A stretch of DNA of 64,000 nt, taken from Candidatus Poribacteria bacterium. Its GTDB lineage: Bacteria; Poribacteria; WGA-4E; GCA-2687025. Both the position numbers and the translations under genes were made by a program. Positions within the stretch are counted from its first letter, which is position 1, and every line of letters starts with the position of its first letter. The notes under the pieces are model-generated. The model did no database searches and had not been told where the DNA came from. It was given only the letters and a program-made list of their open reading frames with translations. Positions 39,134 to 48,666 of the stretch are shown piece after piece. Where the stretch lies: positions 1,376,001 through 1,440,000 of the forward strand of contig OY762492.1 of assembly GCA_963665845.2 (NCBI GenBank), in the 5' to 3' direction.

Positions 39134-39841
39134 TTATCCTCCCAGCGTGTCGATCACCTCTTCAATGGCGCCGCGCGCGCATGTGAAGATCGGAACATCC
39201 CGCTTGGTGTACTGGCTCGCTTCAGAATGCCGCAGCTCCATGACAAGGTCTAAAAAATCGTCCAGCCGATCCGTTTCAAACGCCACCACAAACTCCTGAT
39301 CGTCCAGCCCGAACGAATAGGTTGTGTTCAGTTTGACGCTCGGATATTGATGCCCGATCTCGATATGCTCGTTCATCATCCCTTGACGCGCATGCGCGGT
39401 CAACTTGTACCAGTCGCGCGTTTTTTCAAACGGGTACACGACCAGATATTTGCGGTCGCTCACCGAGATGGTCAGGCGCGAGCCTTCCTGCCCCGCATGC
39501 GTGTGCTTGTCGACATAGACGGAGCGCTTCGTCATCGCCAACTGCGAATGCGGAACGCTCAAATAACGCCCCAGCCCCGTCCGCGCCAGCGCCGTCGACA
39601 TCTCCACAAAATCTTCCAGCCTGTAGCTGATGCGCCAGAGCATGAAATCCACCTCGGCGCGCAAGCCGAAAAGCGTGTACGGGTACAGCAGCAGCCTGCC
39701 TTCAAATTCGCGGTAGACGGCGAGCCATTCGGCGGTCCCCGCTTCCCGTTCCTCTTTTGGGAGAAGGCGGAAGGCGGGATCCAGCTTGTAGTAGACAAAA
39801 TTCACAAATTGCCGCTTCTGCGGTTCGTCAGGGCTGTTCAT
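39134..39841 (-). CDS. Chlorite dismutase-like / coproheme decarboxylase (ChdC/HemQ) family protein
   Basis: YPFEK, DWY, MMNEH, YSFGLDDQEFVVAFE. Confidence 0.85.
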   Translation of the reverse strand: MNSPDEPQKRQFVNFVYYKLDPAFRLLPKEEREAGTAEWLAVYREFEGRLLLYPYTLFGLRAEVDFMLWRISYRLEDFVEMSTALARTGLGRYLSVPHSQLAMTKRSVYVDKHTHAGQEGSRLTISVSDRKYLVVYPFEKTRDWYKLTAHARQGMMNEHIEIGHQYPSVKLNTTYSFGLDDQEFVVAFETDRLDDFLDLVMELRHSEASQYTKRDVPIFTCARGAIEEVIDTLGG

Positions 39842-39852
39842 CCCCGCTCCTT

Positions 39853-40938
39853 TCATGTGGCGATTCTGGACGCCGCCGATGTTTCCGCCGCGGAGACTTC
39901 CAGCAACGCGCGCGCTTCGTCGGAACCTTCCTCAACGCCTTTGAACTTCATCGGCTCCTCATTAACGCCAAAGTTTTCGGCGTAAAGCGTCTCCAGCGCG
40001 GACAACTCTTCAGCCGACACATCCTCCTGATTTGGAGCCGCGGCAAACTCATCAATCTGCTCCGCGTTGTAAATGTTCGGCAGCGTCGACATGACGTTCG
40101 GGTCGGCAAGCAGCCATTTCAACGCCATCTGTCCGATGGTCGCCCCGTTTCGATTTTCCGCTAAAAAGCGCGCCTTTTCAAGTTTTTTCAAGCCGTTGAT
40201 GAGCCAAGAGCGCGGGCGGTGCCGCCGGTGGTCGTTTTTGTCAAAAACGGTGTTTTCCGTATAACGCCCCTCCAGAAGGCCGGACGAGTGCGGAACGCGG
40301 ACGAGAACGCCTGTCCCCGCCTCCGCCGCTTCTTCCGCCAAACGCTTCCCTGGATACTGCTCAAACAGGTTATAGATGATCTGTATCGAGTTGAGCCGAC
40401 GCCGCCGCAGAACCGCCGACCCCTCCACCAGCCACCCGTTCGACGGACCGAGAGCGGCGCCGTACGAACGTATCTTGCCCTCTTCCTTGAGCCGCTCCAG
40501 CGTTTCGTAGATGTCGTCGTTCATGACCGAGTCGGCTTTCAGGTTGTGCGCCTGATACAGATCAATCGCGCTTCGCCCAAGCCGTTTCAGGCTCTGTTCG
40601 CATGCGTACCGTATGTAGTCGGGGGTCCAGTTTTGGGGAAGTTCGCGCTGTCCGCGGGGTCCGTCGCCGTATTCGTAGATGTCGTATCCAAACTTTGTTC
40701 CGACAACGATTTCGTCCTGGCGCGTTTCAAACGCTTTGGCGAGTATCGTTTCGCCTTTGCCGCTTCCGTAAGTGTCTGCCGTGTCGAAGAAGTTGACGCC
40801 TCGGTCGAGCGCGCGGTTCAGCAGGCGCGCGGCTTCGGCGTCCGTATAGTCGCCCCACCAGCCTGCGCTGAGCGTCCACACGCCAAATCCGACCTCGGAG
40901 ACGGTCAGGTCGCTGTTTGGCACGGCGCGGTATTTCAT
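39853..40938 (-). CDS. Aldo/keto reductase
   Basis: SEVGFGVW, FDTADTYG, TKFG, SLKRL...IDLYQAH. Confidence 0.92.
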   Translation of the reverse strand: MKYRAVPNSDLTVSEVGFGVWTLSAGWWGDYTDAEAARLLNRALDRGVNFFDTADTYGSGKGETILAKAFETRQDEIVVGTKFGYDIYEYGDGPRGQRELPQNWTPDYIRYACEQSLKRLGRSAIDLYQAHNLKADSVMNDDIYETLERLKEEGKIRSYGAALGPSNGWLVEGSAVLRRRRLNSIQIIYNLFEQYPGKRLAEEAAEAGTGVLVRVPHSSGLLEGRYTENTVFDKNDHRRHRPRSWLINGLKKLEKARFLAENRNGATIGQMALKWLLADPNVMSTLPNIYNAEQIDEFAAAPNQEDVSAEELSALETLYAENFGVNEEPMKFKGVEEGSDEARALLEVSAAETSAASRIAT

Positions 40939-41035
40939 CGTCAGCCCTTCCGTTTCATTTTCACTCAAGACATGATTATAGCGCCTCAACGCAAAAGCGC
41001 AAGTCCGATACTTCTGGGCGGTACGCTCATGTCGT

Positions 41036-41130
41036 CATTCCCTCCCCCCTTGAAAAGGGGGCTAGGGGGGTTTAAAGACGGGCGCGGCGGCTGCGATGCC
41101 TTAAGATTCCCGCTTACGCGGGAATGACAG
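41036..41130. repeat. Composite intergenic repeat
   Basis: CCCCCTTGAAAAGGGGGCTAGGGGGGTTT plus ATTCCC-N8-GGGAAT at 41106-41125. Confidence 0.85.
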
Positions 41131-41217
41131 CGACAGACGGCGCGAACGATTTAAGTGAAAATGAATATCTCCGCATGGCGTACCACCGCCCCCAGACCCA
41201 TGCTGTCATGTCTGCGC

Positions 41218-42447
41218 TCAAAGCGCCTTCATCAGCTCCTCAAAAGCGTTCAGCTTTGGAAGGATGATATGCGGCTCCGGGAGACGGTCTTGAACCGCCT
41301 CCAGCGTCTTGAGTCCATTGCCGGTGATCGAGACGACAACCGACTCGTTCGGCTGAATACGCCCGCTTTCGATCATCTTGATCGTCGCCGCGAGCGTCAC
41401 GCCGCCTGCCGTTTCGGTGAAGATTCCCTCCTCGCCCGCCAGCATCTGCATCGCTTGGACGATCTCATCGTCCGAGGCGTGCGCGCCGTATCCGCCGGTC
41501 GCGCGCGTCGTCTCAACGGCGTAAATGCCGTCCGCCGGGTTGCCGATGGCAAGCGACTTTGCAAGCGTGTTCGGGCGCACCGGCTTGACAAAATCGCCTC
41601 CATCCTTGATGGTCGTCACGATGGGACCGCACCCTTCCGCCTGGGCGGCATGTATCTTCGTCCGCGGCTTTTCGATCAGGTTCAGCCGATGAAATTCATC
41701 CAGCGCCTTGCGCACCTTGTTGATGAGCGAACCGCCCGCGCACGGCACAACGATATGATCGGGCGAGCGCCAGCCCAGCTGCTCAACGATCTCAAATCCG
41801 AACGTTTTGGAACCTTCGGCGTAGAAGGGACGGATGTTGATGTTCGCAAACGCCCATTTGTAAAGCCCGGCGATCTCGCTGCAAAGCCTGTTCACCTCGT
41901 CGTAGGAACCTTTGATGCCGACGACGCGCGGGTTGTAGATGGAGGTTCCCAGCACCTTGCCGATTTCCAGATCGGCGGGAATGAAGATGAACGCTTGAAG
42001 CCCCGCCCGCGCCGCATGCGCCGCCACCGAGTTCGCTAGATTGCCGGTCGATGCGCATGCGACCGTTTCAAAGCCGAACTCTTTCGCTTTAGACAACGCG
42101 ACCGAGACGACCCTGTCTTTAAAGGAGAGCGTCGGCGCGCAGACCGAGTCGTTTTTGATGTACAGCTCCTGAACGCCGATGCGCTTCGCAAGGTTTCGAG
42201 CGCGCAGAAGCGGCGTCCAGCCGGTGTCCATGCCGTCGGTCGGCTCGCCGTCTAGGGGCAGCAGATCGGCGTAACGCCACATGTTGCGCGGTCCCGCTTC
42301 GATGGCGCCGCGCGACGCCTTCTCGGCGATCGTCTCGTAATCGTAACTTGCCTCAAGCGGTCCGAAGCAAAGCTCGCAGACATGCAGAGGTTCTATCGGG
42401 TATGGCTCGCCGCATTCGCGGCATTTGAGTCCGTTGACATGTCCCAT
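41218..42447 (-). CDS. thrC: Threonine synthase (PLP-dependent, N-terminal CxxC...CxxC)
   Basis: PTLSFKDR, CASTGNLA, EGSKT, ITGNGLKT. Confidence 0.9.
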   Translation of the reverse strand: MGHVNGLKCRECGEPYPIEPLHVCELCFGPLEASYDYETIAEKASRGAIEAGPRNMWRYADLLPLDGEPTDGMDTGWTPLLRARNLAKRIGVQELYIKNDSVCAPTLSFKDRVVSVALSKAKEFGFETVACASTGNLANSVAAHAARAGLQAFIFIPADLEIGKVLGTSIYNPRVVGIKGSYDEVNRLCSEIAGLYKWAFANINIRPFYAEGSKTFGFEIVEQLGWRSPDHIVVPCAGGSLINKVRKALDEFHRLNLIEKPRTKIHAAQAEGCGPIVTTIKDGGDFVKPVRPNTLAKSLAIGNPADGIYAVETTRATGGYGAHASDDEIVQAMQMLAGEEGIFTETAGGVTLAATIKMIESGRIQPNESVVVSITGNGLKTLEAVQDRLPEPHIILPKLNAFEELMKAL

Positions 42448-42489
42448 ATTGGATGGCTCCCGTTGGATGCGTTCTGTCGATACCGATTT

Positions 42490-42579
42490 TCAGTTCCGAT
42501 GGCGCGGCATACGCGGGGCGGTCATGCGCATGCCGCTGGGCATTGCCATCCAATGGCGTCTCAAATGCATGCCTGTCAT
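42490..42579 (-). promoter_or_regulatory. Putative Met-rich leader peptide MTGMHLRRHWMAMPSGMRMTAPRMPRHRN (attenuator)
   Basis: 29 codons, 7 Met; GGAG about 9 nt upstream; 10-bp complement to the thrC initiation region. Confidence 0.6.
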
Positions 42580-42649
42580 CCGTTCTTGCTCCGCGGCAAT
42601 CTCTCCTTATATGCTGCCTCCATGGAGGGCGCATCGTCAAGCTGGCGTT

Positions 42650-42752
42650 CTGACCTTGTGTCATTAGTTGCAACGTGTCGGCATGCGAACGCGGACAGCG
42701 TCTACGACGCCTAAGATTCCCGCACGTTTTACCGCAAGGACAGGAATGACAG
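42650..42752. repeat. Degenerate copy of the MITE-like left end plus variant palindrome
   Basis: CTGACCTTGTGTCATTAGTTG...GTCGGCATGCGAACGCGGAC...AAGATTCCCGC...GGAATGAC. Confidence 0.65.
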
Positions 42753-42781
42753 CATAAGACGCCGCCATGACGGTCAAGGCG

Positions 42782-43402
42782 TTATTCGATATACCCCTTG
42801 TTGATGAGCCGATCCGCGTCCGCGTCGTATGCATACAGCAGCGGGACGCCTGTGGGAATGTTCAGGTTCGGTATCTCCTCCGCCGAAATGCTGTCGATGC
42901 GCATCGCGAGCGAGCGGAGCGAATTGCCATGCGCCGCCACTAGAACGCTTTTGCCCGCCCGTATGTCCGGCAAAATATCGCTCTCCCAGTACGGCAGAAC
43001 GCGCGCCGCCGTGTCTTTCAGGCTCTCTCCGTTCGGCGGCGGCACATCAAAGCTTCGCCGCCAGATATGCACCTGCTCATCGCCGAATTTTTTTGCCGTC
43101 TCCGCCTTGTTGAGACCCTGCAGGTCGCCGTAATGCCGTTCGTTCAGCGCTTCGTTTTGGACGACCGGAACGCCCTCAATCCCAGCCGTTTTCAGCGCGA
43201 TCTCCATGGTCCGCACGGCGCGCTTTAGTACAGAGGTATAGACGCGGTCGAACGCATACGGTTTCAATTTCTCGCCCGCCTCTTTCGCTTCCTGCTCTCC
43301 TTTTGGGGAAAGGTCGACATCGACCCAGCCCGTGAACCGATTTTCAAGATTCCACTGCGATTCGCCGTGCCTCAATAGAATTAAGACGCCCATCGCGTTC
43401 AT
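42782..43402 (-). CDS. gpmA: 2,3-bisphosphoglycerate-dependent phosphoglycerate mutase
   Basis: [36 protein letters not shown]. Confidence 0.97.
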   Translation of the reverse strand: MNAMGVLILLRHGESQWNLENRFTGWVDVDLSPKGEQEAKEAGEKLKPYAFDRVYTSVLKRAVRTMEIALKTAGIEGVPVVQNEALNERHYGDLQGLNKAETAKKFGDEQVHIWRRSFDVPPPNGESLKDTAARVLPYWESDILPDIRAGKSVLVAAHGNSLRSLAMRIDSISAEEIPNLNIPTGVPLLYAYDADADRLINKGYIE

Positions 43403-44177
43403 TCTCCTTTTCTTTAGGGGTTGCGGATTGCCGTATTGCGTCGGCGATCTCTTTCAGCAGCGTCGGCGGCGCATTTTTTTCTAATGCGGTTCCGGTGACG
43501 ATAAAGTTGGCGCCGGCGCGCACCTTCGCCGCGGCCGTTTCAGGTTTATGAATTCCCCCGCCGACGATGATCGGCAGCTCAATATGCGCGCGGACGGCTT
43601 GAATCATCTTGTCCGGCACGGGCCGCTTCGCGCCGCTTCCGCCTTCAAGGTAAAGCGTCTGCATGCCGAGATACTGCGCCGCGAGCGCATGCGCGACCGC
43701 GATGTCATGCTTGTCGCGCGGTATCGGAAACGAACCGCTCATAAACTGAACCGAGGAATACGAACCGCTTTCAACAACAATATAACCTGTCGCGACAGTG
43801 TCCAGCCCGTATTGGCGGATAATCGGCGCGGCGCGCACATGTTCGCCGATGAGCAGGTCGGGGTTGCGCCCGCTGATGAGGCTCAAGAACAGAATCGCGT
43901 CCGCATGCGGCGAAAGCTGATTGGAGCCGCCGGGAAAAAGGATGACCGGCAGCTCGGAGCGCCGTTTGAGTTGAAGCGCCACCTGGTCAAGGCGGTCGCG
44001 CATGAGCAGGCTTCCGCCGACCAGAAAGGCGTCCACCCCCGCTTCCTGCGCCTCCTCGGCGATTTTGCCAATCTGCATGTCGGAGAGCGCGTCAGGGTCG
44101 GCGAGGGCGAAATAGCCCGCCCCGCGCGTCTGGACGATGCCGTTTAAAAAGTCAAGCGCGCGAATCGATGCGGACAT
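43344..44177 (-). CDS. Geranylgeranylglyceryl/heptaprenylglyceryl phosphate synthase family protein
   Basis: [43 protein letters not shown]. Confidence 0.9.
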   Translation of the reverse strand: MSASIRALDFLNGIVQTRGAGYFALADPDALSDMQIGKIAEEAQEAGVDAFLVGGSLLMRDRLDQVALQLKRRSELPVILFPGGSNQLSPHADAILFLSLISGRNPDLLIGEHVRAAPIIRQYGLDTVATGYIVVESGSYSSVQFMSGSFPIPRDKHDIAVAHALAAQYLGMQTLYLEGGSGAKRPVPDKMIQAVRAHIELPIIVGGGIHKPETAAAKVRAGANFIVTGTALEKNAPPTLLKEIADAIRQSATPKEKENERDGRLNSIEARRIAVES

Positions 44178-44184
44178 AGGCTCC

Positions 44185-46566
44185 TCAAGGCGTGGGTTGA
44201 ATGCCGTTAGTGTATCTGATTTGCGCGTCCGCTTCAAGAAGAGGCGGCATGTCCAAGAGCCATTGAACGCGCTCATGCCAGTCAATCATCGCGCGTCGCT
44301 CGGCGTCAAGGGGAGAAGCGTCCGCCGCGGACCGAAAAGCGCGCGACGCTTCATGCAGCCGATTCAGCCGATACAGGCAAAGGGCGCGCAGCCGAAGCGT
44401 TTCATACACAAACTCTTTGTCCTCTACTTTCCGCCCCGCCTCGTTCAGAAGGTTCAATGCCTCCCGCCATTCCCGCGCGTTGTACAGCGCCCGCCCAAGC
44501 AGATAGGCGCCGTATTGCCACTCCTTTTCCTTTATTCGCAGCTGTTGAAGGGCGTAGATGCGCAGGTCGGCGCGCCGTTCGCCCAGCCCGCGCCGCGCCC
44601 ATTCCTGACTTTCGCCGTCCAGATCCAGCGCGCTTAATTTAACGGCCGCCGATCGGTACAGGTCTGAACCTGGGGGGCGTTCCACGATCGCCGCAAACGA
44701 TTTGCGCGCCATTTCAGGCGCGTCTGTCCACCAGAAGGCGTCGCCAAACGTCAACATCGCCTCCATCAAGCCGTATATGCTTGCATTTTGTAATTGCGGC
44801 AGATCTCTAACCGACCGTTTCAGCCCCTCCCAGTCATGCGCCGCCCGCTGCGCCCGGAGAATTCGCCGCGCATGTTCAGGGTCGTTCGGCTCCATTTCCG
44901 CCAGTTTTCGGAAGACGCGCTCCGCTTTGGCGTAATTGCCCTGCGCGTAATGTTTCCATCCCTCCGCCCGCAGATTCGCTGAAACGTGCGGACAGGCGCG
45001 GTCAAAAACGCCCAGCCGCGACGAGATCCGCTGCGCCTGCACCCGCTGCTGAACATTGAGCGGAATCTCTATCAGAAAAAGGAGCCACTCCTTTTCCAGC
45101 GCGCTCAAGGAACGGTTGTACGCTTCTTTAAAGTCGCCGTCGGCGTAGGCGCGCCCGAACGCCTCAATCCCATGCTCCTCAATGAGCCAGCGCGAAAAAG
45201 AACCCGCCGCCGAATAGGAACGTCCGGACGGCGTCTGCCAAAAACCGATCGGCGACATGAGCGTCTCAAGGCGCGGCAGACGGTCATCCAGAAGCATGTC
45301 TTTCGCTTTCTGGTGCGGCGTCATACGGGCGTCGTCCCATGCGGCGGCTTCGGCGGCGCCTTCAATCAGCCCAACGGCGGGCGACAACTTGAAGATCGGT
45401 TGAAATTCCCCCGCGAACAGATGCGCCAGCTCATGTTTCAACGACCGATGCGGAAACGGATCATGCAGCAGATGTATTTCAAGGTTGAACGGATCCGCCA
45501 TATGCGCATTTTTGGAGCCTTGAAGCCGACGCTTCATCTCGCCGTCCGTGTAGATATAGGAGCGAATTTTGCTGTTCAGTTTAAAACCAAAAAACTTTCG
45601 CAGCTGCTCGTATCGATATTCATGGTCAAGCGCGATCTGTTCGATGTCGTTCCGTATGGAAGGTTGATCGTCGTAGCGGATGATGAAATGCTTGGTGTCG
45701 CGCCGCCCGCTCAAAGCCGCTTCGAGCGCCGCCCGCGTCGGACGCCAACCGATTTCGCTTCGGTAGATCCATCCGAGGGCAAGTCCGACGGCGCAGAACG
45801 CGAGCAGCGCCGCCGGCAGCCGCCGCTTCGGTTTGCCGTAAAAAAGGGCGCGCAGGGTGAGCCGCTGCCGTTGCGGGCTATGGAATGTCCATGCCGCTGT
45901 CAGAAAAGCGCATGCTGTCAAAAGAGCCATCGCGCGCGCCGCCAGAAGCGTCCCGCTGACCGCCATTTCATCGTCGTAGATGGCGCCTTGAACAAGCCCA
46001 AGCAGGCTGTGGTAGGCGAAAATAGGCGGATGAATCAACACATGCGCCGCCGCCGCGGCAAGCGACCCGACGACCCAGAGCGTCCATAACAGCGAGGCGC
46101 GCCGCAGCGATCCCGCCCATAACCCAAAAAAGACGCCCGCCGCTGAGCCGTACGTAACGCTCACAAGCGGAATGAGCGCGTAAAACATGAGGCCTGCAGC
46201 GTAATGGCAGTTGGGAACGCGCAGGGCGTTCAGCGAGATGATCGCAAACGGAATCGCGATGAGCGACGCGGAGAGGGTCCACGCGAGGCAGAAGACAGCG
46301 CCGACGCCTCGATGTCGGCGCAGGCGGCGCGTCAGGTCAGACGCGGCGGCGCCGAGATAACCGGACGCGAGTCCGGCGATTCCGCCTGCAACGATAGAAA
46401 ATTCATATCCGAGCGTATGAAACAGAGGCGCAAAGCAGAGAGCCGCCGCGCAAACCCCCGTCAGTACCGCCCAGACGCGAAAACGCCTCGACATCCAGAG
46501 ACGGCGCAGATCGGCTCCCCAAATGCCGAAGTCCCAAGTGATTTTCGGCTTACGCCCTATGCTCAT
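44185..46566 (-). CDS. Membrane protein with central HExxH metallopeptidase-like domain and C-terminal TPR repeats
   Basis: About 6 N-terminal TM helices; LKHELAH...IEGAAE; helical TPR-like C-terminus. Confidence 0.75.
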   Translation of the reverse strand: MSIGRKPKITWDFGIWGADLRRLWMSRRFRVWAVLTGVCAAALCFAPLFHTLGYEFSIVAGGIAGLASGYLGAAASDLTRRLRRHRGVGAVFCLAWTLSASLIAIPFAIISLNALRVPNCHYAAGLMFYALIPLVSVTYGSAAGVFFGLWAGSLRRASLLWTLWVVGSLAAAAAHVLIHPPIFAYHSLLGLVQGAIYDDEMAVSGTLLAARAMALLTACAFLTAAWTFHSPQRQRLTLRALFYGKPKRRLPAALLAFCAVGLALGWIYRSEIGWRPTRAALEAALSGRRDTKHFIIRYDDQPSIRNDIEQIALDHEYRYEQLRKFFGFKLNSKIRSYIYTDGEMKRRLQGSKNAHMADPFNLEIHLLHDPFPHRSLKHELAHLFAGEFQPIFKLSPAVGLIEGAAEAAAWDDARMTPHQKAKDMLLDDRLPRLETLMSPIGFWQTPSGRSYSAAGSFSRWLIEEHGIEAFGRAYADGDFKEAYNRSLSALEKEWLLFLIEIPLNVQQRVQAQRISSRLGVFDRACPHVSANLRAEGWKHYAQGNYAKAERVFRKLAEMEPNDPEHARRILRAQRAAHDWEGLKRSVRDLPQLQNASIYGLMEAMLTFGDAFWWTDAPEMARKSFAAIVERPPGSDLYRSAAVKLSALDLDGESQEWARRGLGERRADLRIYALQQLRIKEKEWQYGAYLLGRALYNAREWREALNLLNEAGRKVEDKEFVYETLRLRALCLYRLNRLHEASRAFRSAADASPLDAERRAMIDWHERVQWLLDMPPLLEADAQIRYTNGIQPTP

Positions 46567-46568
46567 GT

Positions 46569-47018
46569 TCAAGAATGGGCGTCAACTTGAACGCGAACCC
46601 GCTTTGCCGCAACTGCGGCGCATCCGTAGAGCGGTCACCGCTCCTTGAAGGTTTTGACCAGCTCCGCCGCCTGCTCATCGGAAACGCCGTACAGATCAAA
46701 GCGCATGTCCAGCTCGGTGATGAGGGTGAGATCGTCCCTCGGCTGCTCTTCGGGTATGACAAGGGCGGAGGTCTCCACTTCGGCTTGGCGCAGCGCGTAC
46801 CCCGCCGCTTTAGCGAGCCGCTCCACCATGAGCGCCGCGCAGCTGGCGACGCCCGCCAAAAACGCCTCGGTCGGATGAATCGCCTCCTGCGGTCCGGCGG
46901 CGTACGCCGGACCGTCCACCACAAAGTGGCGTTTCCGCGCCGTTACGATGCAGCGCTGAAAGGTCTGCGTCAGGTACGCTTTGACGGTTGTCGGCGGTCG
47001 TTTGATCTGCGCGCTCAT
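46569..47018 (-). CDS. OsmC/Ohr-family protein, probable selenoprotein (UGA at 46635-46637)
   Basis: P.EAFLAGVASC first Cys; KER-TGA-PLY at the second Cys position; frame continues 21 aa to a TGA abutting the next gene; SECIS-like hairpin. Confidence 0.8.
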
Positions 47019-47043
47019 CGTCTTCTCCTCTTACGTTTGCTGA

Positions 47044-47138
47044 AGTATAGCGCGCTCCCTCCCATATGTCATGGCGGCGCCGTCAGGTACTGCCGCATCG
47101 CGCCCAGCCTTGACATTCCGCCGCTGACAGCGTATAAA
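47044..47138. promoter_or_regulatory. Divergent sigma70-type promoters
   Basis: Minus strand: ATGACA(47072)-17-TATACT(47049). Plus strand: TTGACA(47110)-17-TATAAA(47133). Confidence 0.65.
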
Positions 47139-47145
47139 GTACGCG

Positions 47146-47553
47146 ATGCCTTTTGAAACGCTGACCGACAAAGAAAAACGGATCGCCTTTGCCTGCCTGT
47201 GCGCATGCGTGAAGGGTCCGTTTGTCGATCATTCTGTCCAGATGCGCGTCTTAACAGGCATGTGCTATGACATGAAGTTCGCACACATCAGCCAAGACGT
47301 CTACTTGAAGGCGATTGAGCAATGGCCGGCGCCGAAGGGGGAGGGCGCCGATCAAGCGGTCTACAATTCGCTGATGGTCGCCGCCCATGGAACATCGCCC
47401 CCATCGGGCATGTTAGAAGAGGACTGGAAACGATATTTCCCGCGCATCTCGGACGCCGACTGGGGCGCATGGTTCAGCGTCAACAGAGACGCGGTCATGC
47501 GGCTGTATGAAAAATGGCGCGGGCTGCTGGAAGCAAACGAAACGGAAACATAA
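47146..47553 (+). CDS. Hypothetical protein (probably leaderless)
   Basis: 135-aa ORF whose ATG is 7 nt after the -10 box. Confidence 0.6.
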   Translation: MPFETLTDKEKRIAFACLCACVKGPFVDHSVQMRVLTGMCYDMKFAHISQDVYLKAIEQWPAPKGEGADQAVYNSLMVAAHGTSPPSGMLEEDWKRYFPRISDADWGAWFSVNRDAVMRLYEKWRGLLEANETET

Positions 47554-47602
47554 ACGAAAGGAGACAAGACGATATGCATGAGCAGCAGGGCGCGGAGACC
47601 CG

Positions 47603-48631
47603 ATGATCGATTCCGCCGCTAAGGAGGTTTTGTCCAAACTTGGCCGCATCAAGGAAAAGGGCCGCGTTCTCGAATTTGAAAACCCGTACGAGATCGCGCT
47701 GCAAGCGCATCGCTTTGAGTGGACGCTTCGATTTGAAAGCCTGAACGGCATGGGCGTCATGTCCATAACGGCGCTAGAGCCTGAACGCCGCGCTCAAAAC
47801 ACGGAACGGCCGCCCCTCGGGTTTGAACCAGCCGAGTGGGCTGAAAGGAGAATAAGCGAGATTGCAGAAACGGGCGGGCGTATGCTTCTAGCTCCGTCGT
47901 CGTTTAAAGCCCCGGTTGGGCCGCGGCCCGTCATGAGGCGGCTCATCGCGCTCGCCGACTTCCTGGAGAACCATGCGGCTCAATTGATAGTCGAGCCGTG
48001 GCACTCCGACATCTTCTCCTTTGCGTACAATGCTCCAGATTCAGACTTGGGCTTCAGAGTTCGCGCGTCGCACAGTTTGGGCGTTGTAAAGCCGACGGAG
48101 GGATGTTTTGAAATCGAAATCCAGTCGCTTCTGTCGACCAACTTCGATCCGCTTTATATCAGTGTCGGCGGGCGCGTCAATGTCAGCGAATGCGCCGCGT
48201 TTGTAAAAGAGCTGCGCGCTTTTGTTGAAGCATGTTCCGCCATTCGTTTGGCGCTCTATGTCGCGCGGTTTAAACAACAGTATCCAGGAAAACGACCCTC
48301 CGATCTAGACAAAGAGCAGGAAGAACGGTTGAGGCAATGGGCGCGGGAGGAAATTCGAAAAAACGGAAAGCTTCCGCAGCATTGGACGCTTCCGCACCGT
48401 TGGACTTGGTTGAAGAGCCTTTGCAGGGTTTGGTATAAGGTACGCTTTCCACGCTCACACTTGATACGCCCTTGGAGTTCGGTACAACCATGGGCGAATT
48501 CGATCATCCGCTCCGAAATGGGCGAGGATGTGCAGGTCGTCTCTCCGCCAACCAATATCGACGACGCGGAGTTTCTTGGCGGCGGCGTCCTTCCAGAAAT
48601 CGAGTTGGAACCTGAACCGAAAAAGAAATGA
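47603..48631 (+). CDS. Hypothetical protein
   Basis: 342-aa ORF, GGAG SD, no recognised motif. Confidence 0.6.
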   Translation: MIDSAAKEVLSKLGRIKEKGRVLEFENPYEIALQAHRFEWTLRFESLNGMGVMSITALEPERRAQNTERPPLGFEPAEWAERRISEIAETGGRMLLAPSSFKAPVGPRPVMRRLIALADFLENHAAQLIVEPWHSDIFSFAYNAPDSDLGFRVRASHSLGVVKPTEGCFEIEIQSLLSTNFDPLYISVGGRVNVSECAAFVKELRAFVEACSAIRLALYVARFKQQYPGKRPSDLDKEQEERLRQWAREEIRKNGKLPQHWTLPHRWTWLKSLCRVWYKVRFPRSHLIRPWSSVQPWANSIIRSEMGEDVQVVSPPTNIDDAEFLGGGVLPEIELEPEPKKK

Positions 48632-48666
48632 GAGCGATGGAGATAGGCGAATAAAAGCCGCTCTGC

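Noticed and set aside
42450-42640. SAM-I riboswitch or T-box upstream of thrC
   Set aside because: Could not find AUC..GAG/GCAACC/GUGC or T-box consensus; the leader ORF explains the region better (Rfam scan still advisable)
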